From Octopus bimaculoides (taxonomy: Eukaryota), in NCBI RefSeq assembly GCF_001194135.2, contig NC_069009.1:7194314-7242449 (forward strand): 48,136 nt of DNA. The letters are read 5' to 3'. Position numbers and translations under genes: made by a program. The notes beneath the pieces were generated by a model. The model was not told where the DNA came from, did no database searches, and saw only the letters and a program-made list of their open reading frames with translations. Below are positions 12,986 to 23,369 of this stretch, in pieces. Position 1 is the first letter of the stretch. The number at the start of each line of letters is the position of its first letter.

Positions 12986-13286
12986 CATTATGCCTTTGTC
13001 TTTTCTCGTGTGTGAAGGTGCGTGGACTAGTGGCTAAGGGTGATGGATTCATGCCGTTCTTCAGTTGAGTCACCTAAAGGCGAAAAGAGTTGGCGAATTT
13101 ATACTCTGGCGGATTAGCGTTCCATTCAGCGGTGGTGACCGTATTGTACTATAGGTCGCTAAAACAGCAATAATCGGCGAGTTAGGGATTAGCGTCTCGT
13201 TCAGATGTGAAGTCGGGGAATTGTACTTGCGGCCGAAAATCGCGATAAACTGCGGCCCAATGCGATTCTCGTGTCAAAACAGACCT

Positions 13287-13323
<37 letters not shown>

Positions 13324-13612
13324 CTAGTGCTAATTGTGTACATGTGTGTGTGTGTGTGTATTTATATGGATTGGTGTATCTTGTTTACAAATGAATATTT
13401 TCATTTGTAAACACCCATTGACTCTAACACACACACATACAGGGGATTTACGAACTAATGAGGCACTCACAAATATTCATTCTATCACGCCATCTTCCTC
13501 CACCATTGTGTGTGTGTGTGTGTCTAAAGTTGATGAGGATGCAACTTCATTTTGTGTTCTGTAAAAAAAACACCAAAAAGCTGGTGTGTGTATGTGTGCG
13601 CGCGCACGCACA

Positions 13613-13649
<37 letters not shown>

Positions 13650-14544
13650 CTATATAGCTTAGATTACACATTATTGATTTAAAATATAGATATCTTCGTT
13701 TTTTTAATTTTTCAAAATTCACTTTTACTTGGTATAGCTTACATTTTTGCGGATATATANNNNNNNNNNNNNNNNNNNNNNNNNNNNNNNNNNNNNNNNN
13801 NNNNNNNNNNNNNNNNNNNNNNNNNNNNNNNNNNNNNNNNNNNNNNNNNNNNNNNNNNNNNNNNNNNNNNNNNNNNNNNNNNNNNNNNNNNNNNNNNNNN
13901 NNNNNNNNNNNNNNNNNNNNNNNNNNNNNNNNNNNNNNNNNNNNNNNNNNNNNNNNNNNNNNNNNNNNNNNNNNNNNNNNNNNNNNNNNNNNNNNNNNNN
14001 NNNNNNNNNNNNNNNNNNNNNNNNNNNNNNNNNNNNNNNNNNNNNNNNNNNNNNNNNNNNNNNNNNNNNNNNNNNNNNNNNNNNNNNNNNNNNNNNNNNN
14101 NNNNNNNNNNNNNNNNNNNNNNNNNNNNNNNNNNNNNNNNNNNNNNNNNNNNNNNNNNNNNNNNNNNNNNNNNNNNNNNNNNNNNNNNNNNNNNNNNNNN
14201 NNNNNNNNNNNNNNNNNNNNNNNNNNNNNNNNNNNNNNNNNNNNNNNNNNNNNNNNNNNNNNNNNNNNNNNNNNNNNNNNNNNNNNNNNNNNNNNNNNNN
14301 NNNNNNNNNNNNNNNNNNNNNNNNNNNNNNNNNNNNNNNNNNNNNNNNNNNNNNNNNNNNNNNNNNNNNNNNNNNNNNNNNNNNNNNNNNNNNNNNNNNN
14401 NNNNNNNNNNNNNNNNNNNNNNNNNNNNNNNNNNNNNNNNNNNNNNNNNNNNNNNNNNNNNNNNNNNNNNNNNNNNNNNNNNNNNNNNNNNNNNNNNNNN
14501 NNNNNNNNATATATATATATATATAGATATGATGTCTACAGCGT

Positions 14545-14700
14545 TCACGCTGCAGTATTTTGTCTCAGAGAAGCGTCTCAAAAAGACTTATGTTTTAAAA
14601 ACAACAGGTTTTCCTCAGAATTCCGGTGGATCGGCCAGACACTGCGTTTCGACCGTATTACATCGCCACAGTAATAAATATCCCGTAGGTTCTGAGCTAA
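14545..14700 (-). mobile_element. Penelope-like(?) repeat fragment with decayed hammerhead motif; paralogue of 16665-16812
   Basis: Aligns to 16665-16812 (tcagagaagc.tctcaaa...gttttaaaaacaac...ccggtggatc..ccagacact..gtttcgac...atcccgta.gttctgag). Minus strand has CTGTGGC-gat..gtc-GAAAC-gcagt-GTC-tggc. Confidence 0.55.
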
Positions 14701-14950
14701 GCTGACTATTGACTGTTCTGTTATTGAAATCGATACCGATAGCATTTACAGATTTATTCCATTCCACCTTTGCCTCCTATAAAGCTAAGTAACTCGGATA
14801 TTCTTGGTTCAATAATTTCATATGGTTGGCGCAATTCGTATCTTTACAATATCTTCCAAAAATTCTTTGCTAAATCATGTAAAATAAGGTAAATAAACTT
14901 CGCAACAAGTAGCTTGTAGCAATTACATTATTTGCAAAGAGAATCAATGA

Positions 14951-14986
<36 letters not shown>

Positions 14987-16395
14987 CGCTAAAAGGCCGG
15001 TGCTCTAGAAGGGAGGTAGCACTTTTGTGTTTCTATCCATAAAATGTCAAATGGTGCTAGAAAATCAAGGAGTCATGGAATTGGTAAGAATGGAAATACA
15101 AGAGTACACACACTTCAAACACACACGTATGTGTATGTATATTTATGTGTGTATATATGTATATATTTGTGCGTGTGTACGTTAGTATGAATCGCTCACG
15201 TTTCTTCCAACATGACTGATATAATTTTTATATGCATGTAATCTGTGTATATACGTATGTATACATATATGTGATGTGTGTGTATATATTTTAGGGTGAT
15301 GTGTGCGTGTATGTAAATATATCGGCGTACATATGTATGCAACTAAGTATATATATATATATNNNNNNNNNNNNNNNNNNNNNNNNNNNNNNNNNNNNNN
15401 NNNNNNNNNNNNNNNNNNNNNNNNNNNNNNNNNNNNNNNNNNNNNNNNNNNNNNNNNNNNNNNNNNNNNNNNNNNNNNNNNNNNNNNNNNNNNNNNNNNN
15501 NNNNNNNNNNNNNNNNNNNNNNNNNNNNNNNNNNNNNNNNNNNNNNNNNNNNNNNNNNNNNNNNNNNNNNNNNNNNNNNNNNNNNNNNNNNNNNNNNNNN
15601 NNNNNNNNNNNNNNNNNNNNNNNNNNNNNNNNNNNNNNNNNNNNNNNNNNNNNNNNNNNNNNNNNNNNNNNNNNNNNNNNNNNNNNNNNNNNNNNNNNNN
15701 NNNNNNNNNNNNNNNNNNNNNNNNNNNNNNNNNNNNNNNNNNNNNNNNNNNNNNNNNNNNNNNNNNNNNNNNNNNNNNNNNNNNNNNNNNNNNNNNNNNN
15801 NNNNNNNNNNNNNNNNNNNNNNNNNNNNNNNNNNNNNNNNNNNNNNNNNNNNNNNNNNNNNNNNNNNNNNNNNNNNNNNNNNNNNNNNNNNNNNNNNNNN
15901 NNNNNNNNNNNNNNNNNNNNNNNNNNNNNNNNNNNNNNNNNNNNNNNNNNNNNNNNNNNNNNNNNNNNNNNNNNNNNNNNNNNNNNNNNNNNNNNNNNNN
16001 NNNNNNNNNNNNNNNNNNNNNNNNNNNNNNNNNNNNNNNNNNNNNNNNNNNNNNNNNNNNNNNNNNNNNNNNNNNNNNNNNNNNNNNNNNNNNNNNNNNN
16101 NNNNNNNNNNNNNNNNNNNNNNNNNNNNNNNNNNNNNNNNNNNNNNNNNNNNNNNNNNNNNNNNNNNNNNNNNNNNNNNNNNNNNNNNNNNNNNNNNNNN
16201 NNNNNNNNNNNNNNNNNNNNNNNNNNNNNNNNNNNNNNNNNNNNNNNNNNNNNNNNNNNNNNNNNNNNNNNNNNNNNNNNNNNNNATAATTGCCCACGGG
16301 CATATGGCGTAGTGGTTAAGAGCGCGGGCTACTAACCCCAAGGTTCCGACCTGATTAATAATAATAATAATAATAATATAATAATAATAATAATA

Positions 16396-16520
16396 GTAAC
16401 ATCGATAGGAATGAGAACCCAGGTTCGAAATTTCCCCAAGACACCTGACGAAGGCTGGAGGGTATATCAGCCGAAACGTTGTGTTAACAACAAACAAGAT
16501 GAGGACAAATATCCGTCAAA
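16396..16520 (+). mobile_element. Penelope-like element terminal fragment next to (TAA)n
   Basis: Begins after (taa)n run at 16355-16394; carries a minimal hammerhead motif typical of Penelope pseudo-LTRs. No ORF visible. Confidence 0.55.
16440..16485 (+). ncRNA. Minimal type I hammerhead ribozyme motif, complete core
   Basis: Stem I gacac/gtgtt; core CTGACGA (16445-16451) + extra A; stem II ggctg/cagcc; GAAAC (16473-16477); GTT cleavage triplet ending 16480; helix III is the loopless palindrome AACGTT. Confidence 0.7.
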
Positions 16521-16664
16521 TGTAGATAATCTCTGAAATTGCAAAACAATTTTTTTTTTCTGAGGTTCTATGTATTTATTTGTGTGTCTGTCTGTCTGTC
16601 TCTGTCTCTTTTACCCCCTCTCTCTATCTCTCCATCTATCTGTGCATCTCTCTTGCAATGCCCA

Positions 16665-16812
16665 AACTGCAATATTTAGTTTCAGAGAAGCATCTCAAAC
16701 ATGCTTGTTTTAAAAACAACGAGTTTTACTCAGAACGCCGGTGGATCGCCAGACACTTGTGTTTCGACATGATTCAATCTCCTCACTGACAAGCATCCCG
16801 TATGTTCTGAGT
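16665..16812 (-). mobile_element. Penelope-like(?) repeat fragment with near-intact hammerhead motif (16748-16790, C3->G)
   Basis: Minus strand: gtca-GTGAGGA-gat...gtc-GAAAC-acaagt-GTC-tggc; stem I gtca/tggc, stem II gat/gtc, stem III aca/tgt. Confidence 0.55.
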
Positions 16813-16842
16813 ATATCAGAGAGTATTTGGGCACTGGAATGT

Positions 16843-17041
16843 TGGTTTCAACTTTTGGCACAAGGCCAGCATTTTCGGGGAAGAGGTAAGTCAACTACAT
16901 AGACACCAGTGGTGAACTGGCACTTATTTTATCGACCCCGAAAGGATGAAAAGCAAAGCCGACCGCAGCAGCATTTGAACTCAGAACGAAAGGCCGCTAA
17001 GAATTTGCCTGGGGTGCTAACGATTCTGCCAGATCGTCGTC
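16843..17041 (-). mobile_element. SINE family C copy
   Basis: cttattttatcgaccccgaaaggatgaaaagcaaagccgacc..tttgaactcagaac..gctaacgattctgccag on plus = reverse complement of C. Confidence 0.85.
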
Positions 17042-17310
17042 TTATATACACGATGGGCTTCTTTCAGTTTCCGCCATCCAAATCCACTCATAAGGCTTCG
17101 GTTGGCCCGAGGCTATAACAGAAGCACTTGCCCAAGGAATCCGGGATGATTATTGCGAAGCATAGTTTCCAACAGGCTCTCAGCTTTCTCAGCTCATCCC
17201 TTTATAAAACATGGTTTATTTTTTACGATAAAATCAGAAGGGATTTAAGTAAGGTAGTTTTCAATCCAGAGGGATTAATTTAGGAGACTTCATTAGTATA
17301 TATGCTGTCA

Positions 17311-17631
17311 CTCTGTCGGTTGTGACTACGATGGTTCCAGCTGGATCTGATCAACAGAACAGCCTGCTCGTGAAATTAACATGCATGTAGCCGAGCACTT
17401 TACAGTCATGTGTACCCTTAACGTTGTTCTGGAGGAGATCCACCGTGACAGAGAATGTGACAAAGCTGGCTCCTTTTGAATTACATGTACTACTCCTTTT
17501 TGCCAACTGAGTGGACTGGAGCAACGGGAAATAAAGTGGCTTGCTCAAGAAGACAACGCGCCGCCTTCTATTGAAATTACGACCTTACGATCGTCAACCG
17601 AATACCTGAACCACTTAGCAACGCGCCTTCA
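17311..17631 (-). mobile_element. SINE family B copy, near full length
   Basis: Head gaaggcgcgttgctaagtggttcaggtattcgg (minus); tail gttccag.tggatctgatcaacagaacagcctgctcgtgaaattaac (plus). Confidence 0.88.
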
Positions 17632-17799
17632 CTACAGGTGAGAGAGAGGAAGAGAGATTGAGGTCTTTGAAAGCTTTTGGTACAATGGGACCAGAGTTGT
17701 TCTGGAACTTGGAGATGGTGATCAGAAGGTAAAGAATCCTTTTAAATAACTACTGAGGACTTCAAAACGAATTGTACAGCACTGGGGCAGTTGTAATCC

Positions 17800-18390
17800 A
17801 CCCGTGACCATCCCATGTCTTATTCAGACATTGTGTATCTAGGACTACATTATCTAATGTATAATATAGCCGTTAGTATTAGGAACTGTAATTATTGTTG
17901 TTTAACCCCGGGTCAATCGTGATCCAGAAAACCTATGATCAAAGATGTTCCAATAGTGACCATCCCAACTGTTATTCAGACATAGTCTATCTAAGAATAC
18001 ACTATTTAATGTATAGTGTAGTAGTTGATAGTAGTGGTCATAGTTGTTATTTAGCCCCAGGTCAACCATGATCCGGATGACTTACAATCAAAGACGTTCC
18101 AGTTGTGACCATCCTATCTTTTAATGAGGCATAATCTATCTAGGATTGTAATACGCAATGTTCTGTAGAGTACTATCGTTGTAGTTGTTGTATAGCCCTA
18201 GGTCAGCCCTGATCCAGTAGACCTATGACCGATGATGTTCCACTTGAGACCACCCCCACTGAATGCGCGTACACACGCAGTATACATAAGACAATATTCT
18301 TCGAAAGAATATTAAGACGCCAGCGTATGACTTGAGGAGTGATTTGCTGTTATTTCTAGCAAATCGACCGACCAAGTAGTGGTTTCCTTC
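17800..18390 (+). repeat. Tandem array of a ~150-bp dispersed repeat (3 full units + tail)
   Basis: gtgaccatccc-like anchors at 17804, 17956, 18105, 18246; each unit has ..tatctaggactacattatctaatg..ttagccccaggtca..gatccag..acctatgatcaaaga.gttcca; tail atttctagcaaatcgacc. Confidence 0.85.
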
Positions 18391-18399
18391 TCACCTCGT

Positions 18400-18540
18400 A
18401 TTGCAGTAGCGGCTGCTGCTGCTGCTGCACCTGGCTGTAAATTGCTGATTGATCAAATCTAGAACACAGCATTACAACAACTCCAGCAGGTGGTGGTGGT
18501 GGTGGTGGTGTTGTTGTTGTTGTTGTTGTTGCTGTTACCA
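18400..18540. repeat. Trinucleotide cluster (CTG)n / (GGT)n / (GTT)n
   Basis: gctgctgctgctgct, ggtggtggtggtggtggtggt, gttgttgttgttgttgttgtt seen directly. Confidence 0.9.
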
Positions 18541-18604
18541 GCTTTTGAAGTAGTAGCATGAAGAACTGTGACGGCAACAAACGCAGACACCAACCACTGA
18601 GTGC

Positions 18605-19175
18605 CTCCACCTGGTCGATTAATATGCTAGAAACACCAGTCAAAGCCTTTTATTTCTCTGGACAAAGCTCAATCTTTGAGGTAATGTAGTCCAAGGTCCA
18701 CATGGTCAGGAACATCTTTTGTCATTGGTCAGTTGGATCAGGACAGACCTGGGGCTAAACAGCAACTATAACCACCAGTACTAACTAGTAATGTTATACA
18801 TTGAATAGTGTAGTCCCAGATGCACTATGCTTGAATAAAAGACGGGATGGTCACTGTTGGAACATCTTTGATCATGTGTCTATGGGGTTAGGACTGACCT
18901 AAGGCTAAACTACTAATACTAATTACTATAAATTAGATAATGTAGTCCTAGATGGGATGGTCACAGCTGGAACGTCTTTGATCATAGGTCTGCTGGATCA
19001 GGACTGACCTGGGACTTAACAATTCATGCCACTAATACCAACAGCTACACTGTACATTAGATATTGTAGTCCTAGATACACTATGTCAGAACAAAAGATG
19101 GGATGGTCACAGCTAGAACACCTTTGATCATAGATCTGCTGGATCAGGACCGTCCTGGGGCTAAACGACAACAAT
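18605..19175 (-). repeat. Inverted tandem array of the same ~150-bp repeat (4 units)
   Basis: gggatggtcac anchors at ~18844, 18954, 19100 and a degenerate one at ~18702; tail gtttctagcatattaatcgacc on the minus strand at ~18610-18635. Confidence 0.85.
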
Positions 19176-19188
19176 AAACCTCCACATC

Positions 19189-19260
19189 TCCTCGGTAGTA
19201 TAGTGGTAAGTATCTCCGCCTGTCACGCGGGAGACCGGGGTTCGATTCCCCGCCGGGGAT
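19189..19260 (+). tRNA. tRNA-Asp-GTC: tRNA-Asp(GTC), complete cloverleaf, atypical discriminator U73
   Basis: TCCTCGG TA GTAT AGTGGTAA GTAT C TCCGC CTGTCAC GCGGG AGAC CGGGG TTCGATT CCCCG CCGGGGA T; all stems pair, anticodon GTC at 19222-19224; near-identical to metazoan cytosolic tRNA-Asp except N73. Confidence 0.93.
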
Positions 19261-19267
19261 GCAACTA

Positions 19268-19271
19268 TTTT
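19268..19271 (+). terminator. Candidate Pol III terminator (T4)
   Basis: TTTT 7 nt after the tRNA 3' end; minimal length. Confidence 0.5.
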
Positions 19272-19333
19272 AAATGGCGGTGCCCCAGCATGACCACAGC
19301 TCATGAGCTGAAACTAGATAAAATGAAAAATGA
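19272..19333 (+). mobile_element. Solo retroposon 3' tail directly downstream of tRNA-Asp
   Basis: aaatggcggtgccccagcatgacca-cagct-catg-agctg-aaactagataaaatgaaaaatga, homologous to the SINE-A tail. Confidence 0.8.
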
Positions 19334-20126
19334 TATCCTGCTCGACTCACGTGCTGCCTGTAAATGGGAGAACCATAGTTGGATGAAGGCTCGACCCTTG
19401 CTTGTTAGGGCTATGCTGGATCTATGGGGTCCCTCGCCTGGCCCTAATTGTGTCCTGCTTTGTTTCCCCTATATCCACATGATATCTTTCTGTATTATGA
19501 ATGCCTTTCCTCTTACTTCTCCCTCATATCACCCCCATCTTCTTTCCTGTTTTTATATAAACCCGCGCTCAACAAACTCACCTGCAANNNNNNNNNNNNN
19601 NNNNNNNNNNNNNNNNNNNNNNNNNNNNNNNNNNNNNNNNNNNNNNNNNNNNNNNNNNNNNNNNNNNNNNNNNNNNNNNNNNNNNNNNNNNNNNNNNNNN
19701 NNNNNNNNNNNNNNNNNNNNNNNNNNNNNNNNNNNNNNNNNNNNNNNNNNNNNNNNNNNNNNNNNNNNNNNNNNNNNNNNNNNNNNNNNNNNNNNNNNNN
19801 NNNNNNNNNNNNNNNNNNNNNNNNNNNNNNNNNNNNNNNNNNNNNNNNNNNNNNNNNNNNNNNNNNNNNNNNNNNNNNNNNNNNNNNNNNNNNNNNNNNN
19901 NNNNNNNNNNNNNNNNNNNNNNNNNNNNNNNNNNNNNNNNNNNNNNNNNNNNNNNNNNNNNNNNNNNNNNNNNNNNNNNNNNNNNNNNNNNNNNNNNNNN
20001 NNNNNNNNNNNNNNNNNNNNNNNNNNNNNNNNNNNNNNNNNNNNNNNNNNNNNNNNNNNNNNNNNNNNNNNNNNNNNNNNNNNNNNNNNNNNNNNNNNNN
20101 NNNNNNNNNNNNNNNNTCCCCCACTA

Positions 20127-20420
20127 CTGCTTGACAAACGGTGTTAGTTTGTTTACGTCCCGTAAATTAGCGCTTCGGCCGCAATGTCTGATAGAATAAG
20201 CAACAGGCTTTAATAAAAATAATAAGTACCGGGGTTAATTCATTCGACTAACAACCGGTGTTGGTGAACTTATGTCCCCCGTAACCTATCGGTTCGGTGA
20301 TAGAGACCGATGGAATAAATACCAGGCTTTAAAAAAAGTTCTGGGGTCGATTCATTCGACTAAAGTTCTTCAAGGTGGTGCCCCAGCTTGGCCGCAGTCT
20401 AATGACTGAAACAAGTAAAA
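20127..20420 (+). mobile_element. SINE family A 3' half with partial internal duplication
   Basis: tttacgtcccgtaa..gatagaataag..ggggttaattcattcgact occurs twice, then ggtggtgccccagc..cagtctaatgactgaaacaag. Confidence 0.8.
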
Positions 20421-20450
20421 CACATAGGATATATGTACGTGTTTGTGTGC

Positions 20451-20695
20451 GAAGGTGCATAGCCCGGTGGTTAGGGCATTGCACACACGATCGGTAGATC
20501 GTGGGTTCGATTCCCAGACCGGACGGCGTGTTGTGTTCTTGAACACGTTGCTCCAGTCCACTCAGCTGTAGGCCTTCCGATCACTGTCTGTTCGCTTCGC
20601 CGCTAGGGTGACATCATTCGAAAGCTAAAAACCATGCGAAGCGCATTGTGACCAGCGATATAGGACATCCGATAGTCTGGTCAATACTGTGTCTT
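20451..20695 (+). mobile_element. SINE with family-B-type tRNA head and a different body
   Basis: gaaggtgcatagcccggtggttaggg..gggttcgattccc..ctccagtccactcagctg head; body diverges from the other B copies. Confidence 0.65.
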
Positions 20696-20719
20696 TGACT
20701 TGTGTATTTTATGCTTTTT

Positions 20720-21060
20720 TTGTTGTTTTAGTCATTGGACTGCGCCCATACTGGAGCACTGCCTTGAAGGGTTTAGTCAAACAAATCGACCACAGCACTA
20801 GTCTATAGGTCTCTTATTCCAAACCGCTAAGTTATGCGAACACAAGCAAACAAACACCGGTTGTCAGGAGGTGGTGGGGTGGACAACAATGAAGACACAC
20901 ATACAGGTACACATACGGCGGGCTTCCTCAGAGTTTCCGTCTACGAAATTTACTCACAAAGCATTTGTTGGCCTGGGCTATAGAAGAAGACAGTTACTGA
21001 AGGTGTCACGTATTGGGGCTGACCCCAAAATCACGTGATTGGGAAACAAGCTTCTAAAGT
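20720..21060 (-). mobile_element. SINE family A copy, diverged
   Basis: Reverse-complement tail, body and head of family A recognisable. Confidence 0.8.
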
Positions 21061-21390
21061 AGACAACTATGAAGTCTGGTACTTACTCTGTCGGTGCCTC
21101 TCTGTTATCGAGGTATAAACAAACCATCACTCACAAACCCAGGGTTATAGTAGAAGACACTTGTCTAAGGTGCCACGCACTGGAACTGAGCCCCAAACTA
21201 CGGCGTTGTGATACGAACCCCTTAACCACACAGACATGTAGTTTTATGTAGTCACGGCTGGAATTTGCTATGATCAGATGCCTGCATCGGTCAAACTGGT
21301 CTGACCTGGGGCTAAACAACGACCTGCAAAAATAAATACAGGAATATGTACAAAAGACGGTGTGTGACATTGTAGCGTATTGTGTGGATA

Positions 21391-21728
21391 CAGGCATAGC
21401 AGTGAGGTATGAAGCTTGCTTCCCAATCAATTGGCTCTGGGTTCAGCCCCACTACATGGCAGCTTGGGCAAGTGTCTCCTACTATTGCCTCGGGCCGACC
21501 AAAGCCATGGGAGTGGATTTAGTAGGCGGAAACTGAGAGAAGCCCGTCGTAAGTATATATATGTGTCTTTGTGTTAGTCCCTTATCACCGATTGACAATC
21601 GGTTTTGGCGTTTACGTCCCCGTAACTTAGAGGTTCGACGAAAGCAACTGATAGAATAAATACCAGGCTTAAACGAAAGAAATAAAAAAAAACCCAACTG
21701 TATCCTGGGGTTGAATCATTTGACTAAA
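21391..21728 (+). mobile_element. SINE family A copy
   Basis: ctgggttcagcccc..cttgggcaagtgtctcctact..cctcgggccgaccaaagcc..cggaaactgagagaagcccgtcgta..ccccgtaacttag. Confidence 0.85.
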
Positions 21729-21939
21729 AGGTCGGTTCTGATCTATCAAAAATGACACGCTAATGATGTTTCGTTTATGTGGTAGTGTATCTAGAATTAC
21801 ATTATTTGATGTGTGTGACCGTTCTACCTCCATAAGGTTACATGTGATTTTTAGGGATTTTTAGCTGGTGTTTCTGGCTATTCCTCTGACCACATGTAGG
21901 TTGCCTTCGTTGATATTTCGTTGTGTGTGTGTGTGCATA

Positions 21940-22503
21940 CGAGGGGGTGCTAAAAAGTTATCGCAGAAGGCCTGGTTGGTGGTCCAACGTTCCGAATTCT
22001 TTTACAGGGCTTAGAAAAACTGAAGGGACCGCTGCAATAAGTATGTGAGTATGTTGAATAAAATCACAATTAACTGATTAACAGGAATGGCTGTGTGGTA
22101 AGTAGCTCGCTTACCAACCACATGGTTCTGGGTTCAGTCCCACTACGTGGCACCTTGGGCAAGTGTCTTCTACTATAGCCTCGGGCCGACCAAAGTCTTG
22201 TGAGTGGATTTGGTAGACGGAAACTGAAAGAAGCCCATCGTATATATATATATATATGTGTGTGTGTGTCTGTCTTTGTCCCCCTAACATCGCTTGACAA
22301 CCGATGTGTTGTGTGTTTATGTCTCCGTAACTTAGCGGTTCGGCAAAAGAGACCGATAGAGTAAGTACTAGGCTTACAAAGAATAAGTCCTGGGATCGAT
22401 TTGCTCGACTAAAGGCGGTGCTCCAGCATGGCCGCAGTCAAATGACCGAAACAAGTAAAAGAGTAAAAGAGATCCTTCTGTATTTTCTTTTCCCAAAGGC
22501 ACC
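21940..22503 (+). mobile_element. Mariner-derived MITE interrupted by a SINE-A insertion
   Basis: TA|CGAGGGGGTGCTAAAAAGTT end; body carries the transposase C-terminal remnant (cagggcttagaaaaactg..gaccgctgcaataag..tatgttgaataa); resumes after the SINE as gatccttctgtattttcttttcccaaag, homologous to the 28458 copy. Confidence 0.7.
22083..22471 (+). mobile_element. SINE family A, full-length reference copy with internal (TA)/(TG) microsatellite
   Basis: A/B-box-like head ggctgtgtggtaag..gggttcagtccc; internal microsatellite; tail ggcggtgctccagcatggccgcagtcaaatgaccgaaacaagtaaaagagtaaaaga. Confidence 0.92.
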
Positions 22504-23326
22504 AACCTTATGTCACCCCTAGGGGTCAGCCACATTTAAGTGGCAATATACTTCACTTTATCGTGCAGAGAATTAACATTGCTTATATATATATATATAT
22601 ATATATAAGCAATGTTATATATGTGCTGATTTGTAGATTGAATGTGTGTTTGTGAGGCCGCATAATAATTGCTCCGTATGCATGTATTGTTGTATGCATG
22701 TACGAATCTCTGCGCATATTTTTATAAAGTGCAATGTATGTGTATATGCCTGAATTTCTACATGTCAGCGTGATTTGCTGTCTGGATCTGTGTGTATATA
22801 TATATATATTTGTGTGTGTGCGTGTTAATCTCTCCGTGTATGCGTGCTGAGGTGTATATGCATGTATGTACGGATCTAAGTATATAGTTGTTGCCAGTGT
22901 GTTGTGTGTGTTAATCACATTGCATGTGCATCTATATATACTGTATTTAATATTTATTGTATATTAATGTCTCAATGTGTTCTGTGAGAGATTGTGTGGG
23001 TGTGTGTGTCTCGCTCTATTTACATGTGTCAGCGTATTTCGATGTGTGTGTGTGTGTGTGTGTGTGCATGTATGCTTTGAATGCATAAATGCATGTGCGT
23101 GTGTTATTCACTCCGTGTGAGTGTGTGTAATACATATATATGTGTCAATGAGCTGTATATGTGTGTGGATCTGCGTGTATACGTGTGAGCTGAATGTGTG
23201 ATGTACGCATGTATATATAAGTGTGTGTGCATGTTGAATGTACGTAAATGTGTGTATGTGTATTAAGCACATCGCATGTGCATGCGCGTATAAACACATC
23301 TCTGTTTATATGTCAATGTATTGTCC

Positions 23327-23369
<43 letters not shown>

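Noticed and set aside
16295-16350. tRNA-Ser-like sequence with ACT anticodon loop
   Set aside because: Truncated before a complete T arm and acceptor stem; a SINE-type head, not a tRNA gene. The same applies to the heads of SINE families A, B and C.
17654-17718. Exon-like stretch EIEVFESFWYNGTRVVLELGDGDQK followed by GTAAAG
   Set aside because: The nearest good acceptor (ctacag) puts a TGA in that frame; no family recognised.
18356-18643. 95-aa minus-strand ORF with polyT/P/Q and a GAG|GTGAGA donor-like site
   Set aside because: Both ends lie in repeat tails and the core is trinucleotide repeat; no recognisable domain.
19576-19586. Perfect minus-strand splice donor CAG|GTGAGT at a gap edge
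   Set aside because: About one such consensus word is expected by chance in this much sequence; any exon would be inside the gap.
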